From an uncultured Chloroflexia bacterium (lineage in GTDB: Bacteria > Chloroflexota > Limnocylindria > Limnocylindrales > CSP1-4): 64,000 bases of DNA. Position 1 is the stretch's first letter; each line of letters begins with the position of its first letter. Location of the stretch: positions 608,001-672,000 of the forward strand of contig CAWHDR010000001.1 in the NCBI GenBank assembly GCA_963828165.1. The letters are read 5' to 3'. Position numbers and translations under genes: made by a program. Shown here piece by piece: positions 52,336-62,572 of the stretch. The notes below the pieces were generated by a model. It searched no databases and was not told the DNA's origin. It was given only the letters and a program-made list of their open reading frames with translations.

Positions 52336-55249
52336 AGCGCAACGGGTCCGCGAAGGTGGGCAGGACCTCCGCCGCGACGAGACGATGGAGTTTCGCTTCG
52401 ACGGGCGGCGGCACCGGGCCGTCGGCGGGGACACCATCGCGTCGGCGCTCGTGGCGGATGGGGTCGAGGTGCTGTCGAGAAGCTTCAAGTACCACCGGCC
52501 ACGCGGCGTGCTGTGCTGCTCCGGGCGATGCCCGAACTGCCTGGTGGATGTCGATGGCGAGCCGAACGTCCGCGCGTGCGTCACCCCGGTCACCCCGGGG
52601 ATGCGGGTGCGCAGCCAGAACCGGATGCCCTCGCTTCGATTCGACATCCTCAGCCTGACCGACCGGTTCGACCGGTTCTTCCCCATCGGCTTCTACTACA
52701 AGACGTTCATCCGGCCGCGCAGCTTCTGGCCCCTGTACGAGATGGTCCTGCGCCGCATCGCCGGCCTGGGTCGGATCGATCCGTCCGCCCGGCCCGATCT
52801 CCGTCCCCGCAAGCGGCACCTCCACGCCGATGTCGTGGTCGTGGGTGGCGGGCCGGCGGGCTGTCTCGCGGCACTCGAGGCTGCGGACACCGGAGCGCGA
52901 GTGATCCTCATCGATGACGGCACGGCACTGGGCGGCCACCTCCGCCTGCGGACCCGCGCCGTCTCGCGCGACGCCGACCCGCGCATCGGCGGGCTATCCG
53001 GTCAGGAGGCGGCGGTTCGCCTGGCCGCCCTCGTCGCCGGGCAACCCCAGATCGAACACCTTGTTGGTGCGACGGCCATCGGGCTGTATGACGGTGGGCT
53101 GGTCGGGGCCGTGCAGGACCGGACCTTCGCCCGGATCCGCGCCGGCCGGATCGTGCTGGCCACCGGGTCAGCCGAACGGCCGGAGCTGTTCGATGCGAAC
53201 GACCGGCCGGGGATCATGCTCGCGTCGGGCATCCTGCGCCTCGCTCACCTGCATGGCGTACGCGCGGGACCCTCCGCGGTGGTCGTGACCGACGACGATC
53301 ACGGCTGGCGGCAGGCGGCCGAGCTGGTGGCGGCCGGGATCCGAGTGCACGCGGTCGTCGACTCTCGCAGCGACGGTGGGGCGGCGTTGGCGGATGCGGC
53401 CGCCGCGCTCGCCGCGAACGGCACGGAGCTCCTGACCGGCGCGACGATCCTCGGCTCGACTGGTCGGGCCCGGGTGAGCGGGCTGCAGATCCGCACGGCG
53501 GACGGCGCTGAGCGCACCCTGGAGACCGCGCTCGTCGCGATGGCCACCCGGCCCGAACCGGTCGTCACGCTGGCCGCCCAGGCGGGGATCGAGTTGGCCT
53601 TCGAGCCGCGATTGGCCGAATGGATCCCGAGCGGCACCTCCGCCGACGTCCTGGTCACCGGTCACATGACCGGCCTCGTCGATGACGCCCTCATCGGTGC
53701 GGGCGCCGTCCTCGCCGGCAGGCTCGCGGCAGCGGGAGCGTCGTCAGGAGGCTCGCCGGCCGCCCGCTTCCCGGACCTCGAGGCGCATCACGCCTCGGTC
53801 GCGGCCGCCATGGCGTCGCTGCCGGAACCCGCCGCGGCCGCGGTGCCGGTGGGTCGCAAGGCGTTCGTCTGCATCTGCGAGGACGTGACCACCAAGGAGC
53901 TGGCCCAGGGTGTCCGCGAAGGGTTCGACTCCCTGGAGATGCTGAAGCGTTACAGCACGGTCACGATGGGCCCGTGTCAGGGCAAGCAGTGCCATGGCAA
54001 CGCCGCGCGGATCACCGCGGCAGCGACGGGGGCGTCACGCGAGGCGACCGGGCTGACGACCTTCCGGCCACCGGTCCAGCCGGTGCCGATGGCGGTGCTC
54101 GCCGGGCCGCACCTCGACCCTGTCCGGCGAACAGCCCTGCACGATCGTCACGACGCGCTCGGTGCGACGTGGATGGACATGGGCGACTGGAAGCGCCCGC
54201 TGCACTACGGTGACGTCGACGCTGAGGTCCGCTCCGTCCACGAGCGGGTCGGGCTGATCGATGTCTCCACCCTCGGCAAGCTCGACGTGCGCGGCCGCGA
54301 CGCGGCTACCTTTCTCGACTGGCTCCATCCGAACCGCTTCAGCGACCTCAAGGTGGGCCGCATCCGCTACCGGGCGATGACCGACGATGCCGGGATCATC
54401 CTGGACGACGGCACGGTCGCGCGCCTTGGTGACGACCGGTTCTTCGTCACGACCGGCACCGGCAGCCTGGATGCGGTCGACGGCTGGCTGCGCTGGTGGC
54501 TGGCTGCGTCGGACCGGCGGGTCGACGTCACCAACGTGACCGCCCGCTTCGCGGCGATGAACCTCGCCGGGCCACGGGCACGCGAGGTGCTCGCCCGCCT
54601 CACCGACGTGGACGTGTCGGCGGAGGGCCTGCGCTACCTCGACGCCCGCGAAGGTCTCGTGGCCGGGGTCCCAACGACCATCCTGCGCATCGGCTTCGTC
54701 GGCGAGCTGGCGTACGAGCTCCACGTCCCGGCCGACCAGGCCGCGCACCTGTGGGACGCCCTGATGACGGCGGGCGCTGACGCCGGGATCCGGGCGTTCG
54801 GCGTGGAGGCCCAGCGGGTGCTCCGTCTCGAGAAGCAGCACGCCATCGTCGGCCAGGACACGGACGCCCTGTCCGACCCGCGCGGTGCTGCGATGGGCTG
54901 GCTGATCAAGGGCGAGCGCCCCGACTTCATCGGGCGAGACGCATTCGCGGCGTCCGCGGAGCGCGGGTCGCGCGATGTCCTCGCAGGTTTCGAGATGGTC
55001 GGCACGGCCGTGCCCGCCGAGGGTTCGGCCGTCATCCGCGACGGCCGCTACATCGGCCGGGTCACGAGCAGCAAATGGAGCCCGACGCTCGGCAAGGCCA
55101 TCGGGCTCGCCTGGCTCCCGGCGGAGGACGCCGTCGACGATCGGGCGATCACCGTTCGGCTGGGCACCGGCCGGGAAGGGGCCACAGCCCCGGCGGTGGT
55201 GCGGACGTCGCCGTTCTACGACCCGGCCGGAGAGCGGGTTCGCTCATGA
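52328..55249 (+). CDS. soxA: Sarcosine oxidase / NMG dehydrogenase alpha subunit
   Basis: GDTIASAL, RSFKYHRPRG, GGGPAG, KRYSTV.MGPCQG motifs and a C-terminal GcvT domain. Confidence 0.92.
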   Translation: MAEAQRVREGGQDLRRDETMEFRFDGRRHRAVGGDTIASALVADGVEVLSRSFKYHRPRGVLCCSGRCPNCLVDVDGEPNVRACVTPVTPGMRVRSQNRMPSLRFDILSLTDRFDRFFPIGFYYKTFIRPRSFWPLYEMVLRRIAGLGRIDPSARPDLRPRKRHLHADVVVVGGGPAGCLAALEAADTGARVILIDDGTALGGHLRLRTRAVSRDADPRIGGLSGQEAAVRLAALVAGQPQIEHLVGATAIGLYDGGLVGAVQDRTFARIRAGRIVLATGSAERPELFDANDRPGIMLASGILRLAHLHGVRAGPSAVVVTDDDHGWRQAAELVAAGIRVHAVVDSRSDGGAALADAAAALAANGTELLTGATILGSTGRARVSGLQIRTADGAERTLETALVAMATRPEPVVTLAAQAGIELAFEPRLAEWIPSGTSADVLVTGHMTGLVDDALIGAGAVLAGRLAAAGASSGGSPAARFPDLEAHHASVAAAMASLPEPAAAAVPVGRKAFVCICEDVTTKELAQGVREGFDSLEMLKRYSTVTMGPCQGKQCHGNAARITAAATGASREATGLTTFRPPVQPVPMAVLAGPHLDPVRRTALHDRHDALGATWMDMGDWKRPLHYGDVDAEVRSVHERVGLIDVSTLGKLDVRGRDAATFLDWLHPNRFSDLKVGRIRYRAMTDDAGIILDDGTVARLGDDRFFVTTGTGSLDAVDGWLRWWLAASDRRVDVTNVTARFAAMNLAGPRAREVLARLTDVDVSAEGLRYLDAREGLVAGVPTTILRIGFVGELAYELHVPADQAAHLWDALMTAGADAGIRAFGVEAQRVLRLEKQHAIVGQDTDALSDPRGAAMGWLIKGERPDFIGRDAFAASAERGSRDVLAGFEMVGTAVPAEGSAVIRDGRYIGRVTSSKWSPTLGKAIGLAWLPAEDAVDDRAITVRLGTGREGATAPAVVRTSPFYDPAGERVRS

Positions 55250-55986
55250 GTGCCGGCATGGCACCGGCCGTCCGACGCAGCGCCATCGAGGCTGCCCACG
55301 TCGCGCTTGGCGCCGCGTGGCTCGCGGACGACGTCCGCTGGCCCTCTGGCTACGGCGATGCCACGGCGGAGGCTTCCGCGGTGGCCACGGCGGCAGGTCT
55401 TGCCGAGCTCGGACCATTCGCAGAGCTGCTGCTGCGCGGACCAGCGGCCGCGGAGGTGGTCGCCCGCCTGACAGCAGGCGCCGCCACGGCCGGCGGCGCG
55501 ACGGCCGGCGGCGCCACGGCCGGCGGCGCCACGGCGCCCGACCGCCCGGCCGTGGTCCCGGTGCCGCTGGGCGAGGTGGCAGTCGCCGGGTGGTTCCTCG
55601 CGCCGGACGAGGTGCTCCTGGTGGGGCCGCTGAGCGGCTGGGCCGCGAACCTCGCGGCCCGCGTCGCCGGCACCGACGTCTCCGCCATCGAGATGACCGG
55701 GGCCCGCGCCACGCTGCGGCTGGTCGGTCCCGCCGCGCCAGCCATCCTGGCCGAGCTCTGCCCGGCGAACACGACCCCCACCTCGCTCCCCGAGGGTGCG
55801 CTGGTCCAGGCACCGCTCGCGGGACCGCGAGCCTTCCTGACCCGGCGCGACCATGGCGGCCAGCCCGGCTACACGTGGATGGTGGCGCGGGACGAGGCGC
55901 GCTACGTGTGGGAGTCCGTCCTGCACGTCGGCGAGCACCACGGCCTCGTCGCCGTGGGCCCGGCCGCCGTCGGAGGCGATCGATGA
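55246..55986 (+). CDS. soxG: Sarcosine oxidase / NMG dehydrogenase gamma-like subunit
   Basis: LAPDEVL, L.GP.A..ILAELC and A.YVW motifs; coupled to both neighbours. Confidence 0.7.
   Translation: MSAGMAPAVRRSAIEAAHVALGAAWLADDVRWPSGYGDATAEASAVATAAGLAELGPFAELLLRGPAAAEVVARLTAGAATAGGATAGGATAGGATAPDRPAVVPVPLGEVAVAGWFLAPDEVLLVGPLSGWAANLAARVAGTDVSAIEMTGARATLRLVGPAAPAILAELCPANTTPTSLPEGALVQAPLAGPRAFLTRRDHGGQPGYTWMVARDEARYVWESVLHVGEHHGLVAVGPAAVGGDR
55483..55535 (+). repeat. In-frame 15-bp tandem repeat, about 3.5 copies (ATAGG)
   Basis: GCCACGGCCGGCGGC / GCGACGGCCGGCGGC / GCCACGGCCGGCGGC / GCCACGGC. Confidence 0.85.
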
Positions 55987-57194
55987 TCGGGCCGCTTCGT
56001 CGCTGGCGCGTCACCCGCCCGCGCGAGCTGCGGACGAGCTACGACGTCGTCATCATCGGCGGCGGCGTCCACGGCCTCGCCATCGCCTACGAGCTCGCCA
56101 GGCGCGGCGTTCGGAACGTGGCCGTCCTCGAGAAGTGGTACATCGGCGCCGGTGGCAGCGGCCGGAACACCGCCATCGTGCGCTCCAACTACCGCACCCC
56201 GGAGGGCGTCGCGTTCTATGACGAATCGGTGCGCATCTACGAGCGGCTCTCGGTCGAGCTCGGATTCAACGTCCTGTTCAGCCAGCACGGGCACCTGACC
56301 CTCGCCCATACCGACTCGGCCGTCGCCGGCCTGCGCGTTCGGGCCGAGGTCAACCAGCTGCTCGGTGTCGACTCCGTGGTCCTCGACCGGGAGGAGATCC
56401 GGGACCTCGCGCCCGCCCTCGACCTCACGGACCGGCCGCGCTACCCCATCCATGCGGCGCTGTACCATCCCCCGGGCGGGATCATCCGGCATGACGCGGT
56501 GGTGTGGGGCTATGCCCGGCGGGCGGCCGAGATGGGCGTCGATATCCACCAGGGCGTCGAGGTCACCGGTATCGACCTCGCCGACGGCCGGATCGCCGGC
56601 GTCCAGACGAACCAGGGGCCGATCCGTGCCGGGACGGTCGTGAATGCCACGGCCGGCTGGGCCACCACCATCGCGGACATGGCCGGCGTGCGCCTGCCGA
56701 TCGTCACGCATCCGCTCCAGGCGCTCGTCACGGAGCCGCTCAAGCCGTTCTTGAACCCTGTCCTCGTGTCGGCCACGTTGCACGTGTACGTGAGCCAGAC
56801 CGACCGCGGCGAACTGGTGATCGGGGCGGAGATCGATCCGTACGCGTCGTACAGTCATCGCTCGACACTCGCCTTCATGGAGACCTCCGCCGCGCATGTC
56901 CTCGAGCTGCTGCCGTCCGTCGCCGGCGTCCGCGTCCTGCGCCAGTGGGCCGGGATCTGCGACATGACACCCGACTTCAGTCCGATCATCGGGACGGTCC
57001 CCGACGTACCCGGGTTCATCCTGGACGTCGGCTGGGGGACCTACGGGTTCAAGGCGGGCCCGGTCTCCGGCCGGCGTGTCGCGGAACTCATCGCGACCGG
57101 GCGCACGCCCGAGGTGCTGGCGCCCTTCACCATCGAACAATTCTCCACGGGGACGCTCATCGGCGAGAAGGCAGCGGCGGCGGTGTCGCACTAG
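55983..57194 (+). CDS. soxB: Sarcosine oxidase / NMG dehydrogenase beta subunit
   Basis: GGGVHGLA, GRNTAIVRSNY, RHDAVVWGYAR, HPLQA.VTEP, GWGTYGFKA and AAAVSH motifs. Confidence 0.92.
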   Translation: MIGPLRRWRVTRPRELRTSYDVVIIGGGVHGLAIAYELARRGVRNVAVLEKWYIGAGGSGRNTAIVRSNYRTPEGVAFYDESVRIYERLSVELGFNVLFSQHGHLTLAHTDSAVAGLRVRAEVNQLLGVDSVVLDREEIRDLAPALDLTDRPRYPIHAALYHPPGGIIRHDAVVWGYARRAAEMGVDIHQGVEVTGIDLADGRIAGVQTNQGPIRAGTVVNATAGWATTIADMAGVRLPIVTHPLQALVTEPLKPFLNPVLVSATLHVYVSQTDRGELVIGAEIDPYASYSHRSTLAFMETSAAHVLELLPSVAGVRVLRQWAGICDMTPDFSPIIGTVPDVPGFILDVGWGTYGFKAGPVSGRRVAELIATGRTPEVLAPFTIEQFSTGTLIGEKAAAAVSH

Positions 57195-57226
57195 CGGCGA
57201 AGCTCCAGGCAGGCAAGGAGGCGGAC

Positions 57227-58612
57227 ATGGTCGAGGCCACGGCGGACGCTGAGCCCAATCAGGGCGACATCGAGCGGCGGCTCAAGGATGACGGCGTCAC
57301 CTACATGCTCGCCCAGTGGGTCGACATCCACGGCACGCCGCGCTGCAAGGGCGTCCCGGCCAGCGCCTTCGACCAGTTCGTCGGCGGGAGCGCGGGCTTC
57401 GCCGGCGCGGCCACGGTCGGCATGGGGCAGGGACCACATGACCACGACCTCATCGGCATGCCGGATCTCGCGACCTACACCCCCGTGCCCTGGGAGGAGG
57501 GGGTCGCCCGCTTCGCCTGCGACATCCAGGTCGATGGCCAACCGTGGCCGTACTGCTCGCGAACCGCCCTGAAGCGACAGATCGAGCGTCTGGCCGGGAT
57601 CGGCTACGTGATCAAGATCGGCGTCGAGGCCGAGCACATGCTGGTGACGCGCCGCCCGGACGGCACGATCGCGCCGTTCGATCCGTCCGGCTTCGACACC
57701 CTCGAGAAGCCCTGCTACGACTTCAAGAGCCTGGCTGCGAGTCTCCCCTACCTGCGCACCCTGGTCACCTACATGGAGGACCTTGGCTGGGAACCGTATG
57801 CCTCGGACCACGAGGATGGGACCGGCCAGTTCGAGCTCAACTGGAAGTACGCCGACGCGCTGACCACGGCCGACCGCTACACCTTCTTCAAGATGATGAC
57901 CAACCAGGTCGCCCAGCGGTACGGAGCCATCGCGACGCACATGCCGAAGCCGTTCAGCAAGCTGACCGGCAACGGCAGCCATTTCCACTTCTCGCTGTGG
58001 GACGAAGACGGGCAGAACGCCTTCATCGGCGAGGATGACGCTCGTGGTCTCGGGCAGTCGAAGCTCGCCTACCACTTCCTGGCCGGGCTGCTGACCCACG
58101 CCCGGGCGCTGTCGGCGATCATCGCGCCGACCGTCAACTGCTACAAGCGGCTGTCGATGGGCGCCTACCTGACCGGGGCGCGCTCCGGGTTCACCTGGAC
58201 GCCGGCATTCATCACGTACGGCGACAACAACCGGACCCAGATGTTCCGGGTCCCCGACCCCGGTCGATTCGAATGCCGGGTCGTGTCCGGCGCGGTCAAC
58301 CCGTACCTTGGGACCGCGGCGTTCATCGCGGCGGGGATGGACGGCATCGAGCGCGAGCTGGACCCGGGCGATCCACTCACCGGCCGGAACATGTACGAGA
58401 CACCCCTCGAGGATGCTCGCCGCGAGGGCCTCCGCTTCCTGCCGCAGAGCCTGTCCGAGGCCATCGACGAGCTCGAGGCGGATGAGGTCGTCCAAGCCGG
58501 GCTCGGGCCAGAGCTTGCCGCCGAGTTCATCCGGGTGAAACGCCAGGAGTGGGTGCGCTACCACAGCGACGTGAGCCGCTGGGAGATCGACCAGTACCTG
58601 ACGCTGTTCTGA
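57227..58612 (+). CDS. gmaS: Gamma-glutamylmethylamide synthetase (glutamine synthetase-like, GlnT)
   Basis: AGFAG, PCYD, DHED..GQFE.N, MPKPF...GNG.H and GDNNRT motifs; lies between mgd and dmm. Confidence 0.85.
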   Translation: MVEATADAEPNQGDIERRLKDDGVTYMLAQWVDIHGTPRCKGVPASAFDQFVGGSAGFAGAATVGMGQGPHDHDLIGMPDLATYTPVPWEEGVARFACDIQVDGQPWPYCSRTALKRQIERLAGIGYVIKIGVEAEHMLVTRRPDGTIAPFDPSGFDTLEKPCYDFKSLAASLPYLRTLVTYMEDLGWEPYASDHEDGTGQFELNWKYADALTTADRYTFFKMMTNQVAQRYGAIATHMPKPFSKLTGNGSHFHFSLWDEDGQNAFIGEDDARGLGQSKLAYHFLAGLLTHARALSAIIAPTVNCYKRLSMGAYLTGARSGFTWTPAFITYGDNNRTQMFRVPDPGRFECRVVSGAVNPYLGTAAFIAAGMDGIERELDPGDPLTGRNMYETPLEDARREGLRFLPQSLSEAIDELEADEVVQAGLGPELAAEFIRVKRQEWVRYHSDVSRWEIDQYLTLF

Positions 58613-58643
58613 TGCCCGTTCGATGCGGGCGTGAGGTGGAGAG

Positions 58644-59777
58644 ATGACCGCATCCTGGCGTTTCTCGGCGATCGCCGACCGGCACCGCGCACTTGGCTCT
58701 GCGCTCGAGGACTGGAACGGCATGGGCACGGCGTGGACGTACGACAAGGACATTCACGAGGAGCACCGGGCCATCCGGACGAAGGCCGGGCTGATGGACG
58801 TCTCGGGGTTGAAGAAGGTCCACCTCGTCGGGCCGCACGCGGCGCACGTCCTGGACCGAGCCACCACGCGCGACGTGCACCGGATCTACCCGGGGCGCTC
58901 GGCCTACGCGTGCATGCTCGACGAGCGAGGGATGTTCGTGGAGGATTGCATCGTGTACCGGACGGGCCCCACGGCATGGATGGTCGTCCACGGCTCGGGC
59001 ACGGGCCACGAGGAGCTGCAGCGCGCAGCCGTGGGCAAGAACGTCGCCATGCTGTTCGACGATGACCTGCACGACCTGTCCCTCCAGGGGCCCCTCGCGG
59101 TGGACTTCCTGCAACGCCACGTGCCGGACATCCGGGAGCTGCCCTACTTCCACCACGTGCAGACCCGTCTGTTCGACGCACCGGTGATGCTGTCGCGGAC
59201 CGGCTACACGGGCGAGCGCGGCTACGAGATCTTCTGCCGCGCCCAGGACGCGCCGATGCTCTGGGACACGATCCTGTCCGAGGGCGCGGACATGGGCATC
59301 ATCCCGTGCCGGTTCACGGTGCTCGACATGCTCCGGGTCGAGAGCTACCTGCTGTTCTACCCGTACGACAATTCGCAGATGTACCCGTTCGAGGACGAGC
59401 CGCCAGGCGACACGCTCTGGGAGCTCGGCCTGCAGTTCACGGTGACCCCCGGCAAGACCGGGTTCCGCGGCGCGGAGGAGCACGCCAGGCTGAAGGACCG
59501 GGAGCGGTTCAGGATCTTCGGCGTGCTCGTGGACGGCGACACCGCGACGGCCGAAGGCGACGAGCTGTGGGCCGATGGCCGCAAGGTCGGGGTCATCACC
59601 TGCGGGATGTACTCGACGCTCACCGACCGGTCCATGGCCATCGCCCGGATGGACGTGGACCGGGCCGTGCAGGGCAGCCCCCTGGAAGTGCGCGGTGCCA
59701 GCGTCAACGGACCCGCCACCGCGCACGCGCTGCCGTTCGACGACCCGCAGAAGACGAAGCGGAACGCGGTGGGCTGA
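58644..59777 (+). CDS. dmmD: GcvT-family THF-binding protein, dimethylamine monooxygenase-associated
   Basis: MDVSGL, LQGP, SRTGYTGERGYE and LRVES motifs; precedes dmmABC. Confidence 0.78.
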   Translation: MTASWRFSAIADRHRALGSALEDWNGMGTAWTYDKDIHEEHRAIRTKAGLMDVSGLKKVHLVGPHAAHVLDRATTRDVHRIYPGRSAYACMLDERGMFVEDCIVYRTGPTAWMVVHGSGTGHEELQRAAVGKNVAMLFDDDLHDLSLQGPLAVDFLQRHVPDIRELPYFHHVQTRLFDAPVMLSRTGYTGERGYEIFCRAQDAPMLWDTILSEGADMGIIPCRFTVLDMLRVESYLLFYPYDNSQMYPFEDEPPGDTLWELGLQFTVTPGKTGFRGAEEHARLKDRERFRIFGVLVDGDTATAEGDELWADGRKVGVITCGMYSTLTDRSMAIARMDVDRAVQGSPLEVRGASVNGPATAHALPFDDPQKTKRNAVG

Positions 59778-59825
59778 TCGTGCGGCAAGCCCGGCGACCG
59801 GCGACTCGGGTGGAGGCCTGACCCG

Positions 59826-60437
59826 ATGCTGGTCGACGGCATCAAGAGCCGCCCGGTCTACACGACCCTCGCAGCTCGCCGCGGGCGGCTGCACCTGATC
59901 CTCACCGACGATGGGGGCACGCCAGCCGTCCTGGGCATGATCGGCGCCGCGTCCGACGAGTTCCTCGCCCGCGCCGTCCTGATCCACGCACCGTCGCCCC
60001 ACGGACGCGACGAGGGCGGCGCCCTTGGCCGCAGCCTCGCGGGGGCCGGGACGGGCACGGTCCTCCTGGCAGGCGACGAGGACGAGGCGGTCGCCGCGCT
60101 CGACAGCGCGCTCGCCGACGCGCGCATGGGCACGCAGGTCTATGTGGCGGGCACGGAGAACCTCATCGCACGCGTCGTCGAGACCGCGGTGGCGGCCGGC
60201 CTCGAGCTCGGTGCCATCATGGCCGAGCACCGCGGTTCCCACGAGCGTCGGGTCCAGTGCGTCCACTGCAAGGCGATCACCGATCACGTCACGACGCAGC
60301 CGGTCCGGTGCGCAGGGTGCGGGCTCGCGCTGCTCGTTCGGGACCACTACTCGCGACGGATCGGCGCGTTCCAGGGCGTGTCTATCGACGCCGAGGAACC
60401 CGGCACGGCTCCGGACCCGACGGCGCTGTTCGCGTGA
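59826..60437 (+). CDS. dmmA: Dimethylamine monooxygenase subunit A
   Basis: IKSRPVY, YVAGTE and RVQCVHCK...C..CG..L.VRDHYSRR motifs. Confidence 0.85.
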   Translation: MLVDGIKSRPVYTTLAARRGRLHLILTDDGGTPAVLGMIGAASDEFLARAVLIHAPSPHGRDEGGALGRSLAGAGTGTVLLAGDEDEAVAALDSALADARMGTQVYVAGTENLIARVVETAVAAGLELGAIMAEHRGSHERRVQCVHCKAITDHVTTQPVRCAGCGLALLVRDHYSRRIGAFQGVSIDAEEPGTAPDPTALFA

Positions 60438-61492
60438 GCGAGACCACGGTGACGGCGCCCGCGGTACCGGCGCCCACGGACACCACCGCCGGGGCGGGCA
60501 CGACCGGCGGCGCGGGCACGACCGCCAAGCGTGTCCAGGCGACCAAGTTGACCGTGATCGTCACCGAGGTAGCGGACGTCACCGCGCAGATCCGCCGCTT
60601 CCGGTTCGCGGCGCCCGACGGCCGTCCGCTCCCCTCCTTCTCGGGTGGCGCGCACGTCATCGTCGAGCTCCAGGATGGTCAGACGCTGCGGCGCAACCCG
60701 TACTCGCTCATGAGTTCGCCGACCGACACGTCGAGTTACGCCATCAGCGTGCGACGCGACGATGCCGGGCGGGGCGGCTCCCTCTTCCTGCATCGCGAGG
60801 TCCGCGTCGGCCAGGCCCTGACCATCAGCCGGCCGGTCAACCTCTTCCCCATCGACTGGCGGGCGCGTCGACACCTGCTCATCGCCGGGGGGATCGGGAT
60901 CACCCCGTTCCTTGCGCAGCTCGTGCAGCACGAGGCCGCCGGGAGCGACATGGAGCTGCACCTCGCCGTCCGCGGCCGAGAGCACGGCGCGTATCTCGAC
61001 GACCTGGAGCGCCGCTACGGCGACCGCGTCCATGTCCACTGCGACGACATCGGCGACCGCATCCCCCTCGACCGGCTGCTCGACGACCAGCCGCTGGGGA
61101 CCCATCTCTACGTGTGTGGCCCCGCCCCGATGATGGCGTGGGTGCTGGACACCGCGGCCGCGGCGGGCTGGCCGGCGCAGGCGCTCCATAGCGAGCGCTT
61201 CCTGGCCCCGGCCTCCGGAACGCCGTACGACATCACGCTCGCCCTGACCGGTCGGACCGTCCGCGTGGGCGAGCACCAGAGCATGCTCGAGGCGATCGAG
61301 GCCGCCGGCGTCGATGCCCCCTACATGTGCCGGGGCGGTGCCTGCGGGGAGTGCGAGACGCCCGTGATCTCGTACGAGGGAGGCATCCTGCACAACGACC
61401 ACTTTCTCTCGCCGGAGGACAAGGCCTCCGGGCGCAAGATCATGCCCTGCGTCTCGCGCTTCGAAGGCGCGTCCATCGTGCTGCAGCGATGA
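60434..61492 (+). CDS. dmmB: Dimethylamine monooxygenase reductase (PDR/VanB-type FMN/2Fe-2S)
   Basis: GGAH, NPYSL, GRGGS, AGGIGITP, YVCGP and CRGGACGEC...C motifs. Confidence 0.85.
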   Translation: MSETTVTAPAVPAPTDTTAGAGTTGGAGTTAKRVQATKLTVIVTEVADVTAQIRRFRFAAPDGRPLPSFSGGAHVIVELQDGQTLRRNPYSLMSSPTDTSSYAISVRRDDAGRGGSLFLHREVRVGQALTISRPVNLFPIDWRARRHLLIAGGIGITPFLAQLVQHEAAGSDMELHLAVRGREHGAYLDDLERRYGDRVHVHCDDIGDRIPLDRLLDDQPLGTHLYVCGPAPMMAWVLDTAAAAGWPAQALHSERFLAPASGTPYDITLALTGRTVRVGEHQSMLEAIEAAGVDAPYMCRGGACGECETPVISYEGGILHNDHFLSPEDKASGRKIMPCVSRFEGASIVLQR

Positions 61493-61517
61493 CCCGGCGT
61501 CGGGCGGAGGATGGGCC

Positions 61518-62567
61518 ATGACCGCGATCGAGTTCCGTGACGAGACGTTCCGCGACGACTTCTCATTCCGCAACAGCGCGGCCGGGATCCGGCGCTTCCC
61601 ATTCCCGTTCCACGAGGACCGCTATATGTACGCGGTCAATATCGAGCCGCACACGCCCGGGCCCGTCGGCACGGCGTACGAACACCCGATCGATGTCGAC
61701 GAGCACTACGTCGCGGAGATGCGCGATCGGGCGCTGGTGCTGGCCGAGGACCCGCTGCGCTGCCAGTCGCTACCGCACATGACGCTGGCCGGCTGGGATC
61801 TGCTCGAGCTGCTCATGGAATGCCAGGCCACGTCGTACCCGGAGCATTTCACGCTGGAGCGGGACGGGGACCGATGGCATTGGATCAATCGCCCGCTCGG
61901 GATCGACGACACCTTCACCTTCGGCGACGAGTCGACCCTGCCGTACGGCCCGATGGAGTACGTCACGCGGCAGAGCCAGGGCGATTTCGTCCTCGTCGAC
62001 CAGCGCGACGGCAACCTGTGGATGGATGCCGGGATGGTGACGACGCAAGCCGACTGGTCGCTCGACTTCGACCTCGGGATGAACTTCATGGAGTGGCACG
62101 GCCCGGTACCGCTCGCGCACGAGCTCGGCGTCTTCGACCGGGCGCTGAAGTTCCTGCTCAACCTCCGCCCCGGCCAGCCTGTCCGCCGCCTGAACTGGAC
62201 GATGACCATCAACCCGAGGCTCGACACGAGTCCCGAGCGCTACCCCCACTGGGGCACGGACCGCGCCACGGTCACGATGGACAACGTCGGCGAGAAGGTG
62301 CATCTGCGCGTCGAATTGCAGAGCTTCTGGCGGCTCCCCCGCTCCAACGCCATCGTGTTCCCGATCCGCTGCTACCTCATCAGCATGGCCGAGCTCGTGA
62401 CGATCCCCAAGTGGGCGCGCCGGCTCCATCGGGTCCTCGAGACGCTGCCGCCGGAGCTCGCCGACTACAAGGGGCTGACCCGCTATCGCCAGACGACCGT
62501 CGACTGGCTGGCGCGGCACGACGACGGCGCACCGACCTCACCTGGGTTCTTCCCGGACCCGGAGTAG
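61518..62567 (+). CDS. dmmC: Dimethylamine monooxygenase heme subunit (DUF3445)
   Basis: FPFPF..D.Y.Y.VN.EPH, WHGPVP, RRLNW and RVELQ..RLPRSN motifs. Confidence 0.85.
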   Translation: MTAIEFRDETFRDDFSFRNSAAGIRRFPFPFHEDRYMYAVNIEPHTPGPVGTAYEHPIDVDEHYVAEMRDRALVLAEDPLRCQSLPHMTLAGWDLLELLMECQATSYPEHFTLERDGDRWHWINRPLGIDDTFTFGDESTLPYGPMEYVTRQSQGDFVLVDQRDGNLWMDAGMVTTQADWSLDFDLGMNFMEWHGPVPLAHELGVFDRALKFLLNLRPGQPVRRLNWTMTINPRLDTSPERYPHWGTDRATVTMDNVGEKVHLRVELQSFWRLPRSNAIVFPIRCYLISMAELVTIPKWARRLHRVLETLPPELADYKGLTRYRQTTVDWLARHDDGAPTSPGFFPDPE

Positions 62568-62572
62568 CGAGC

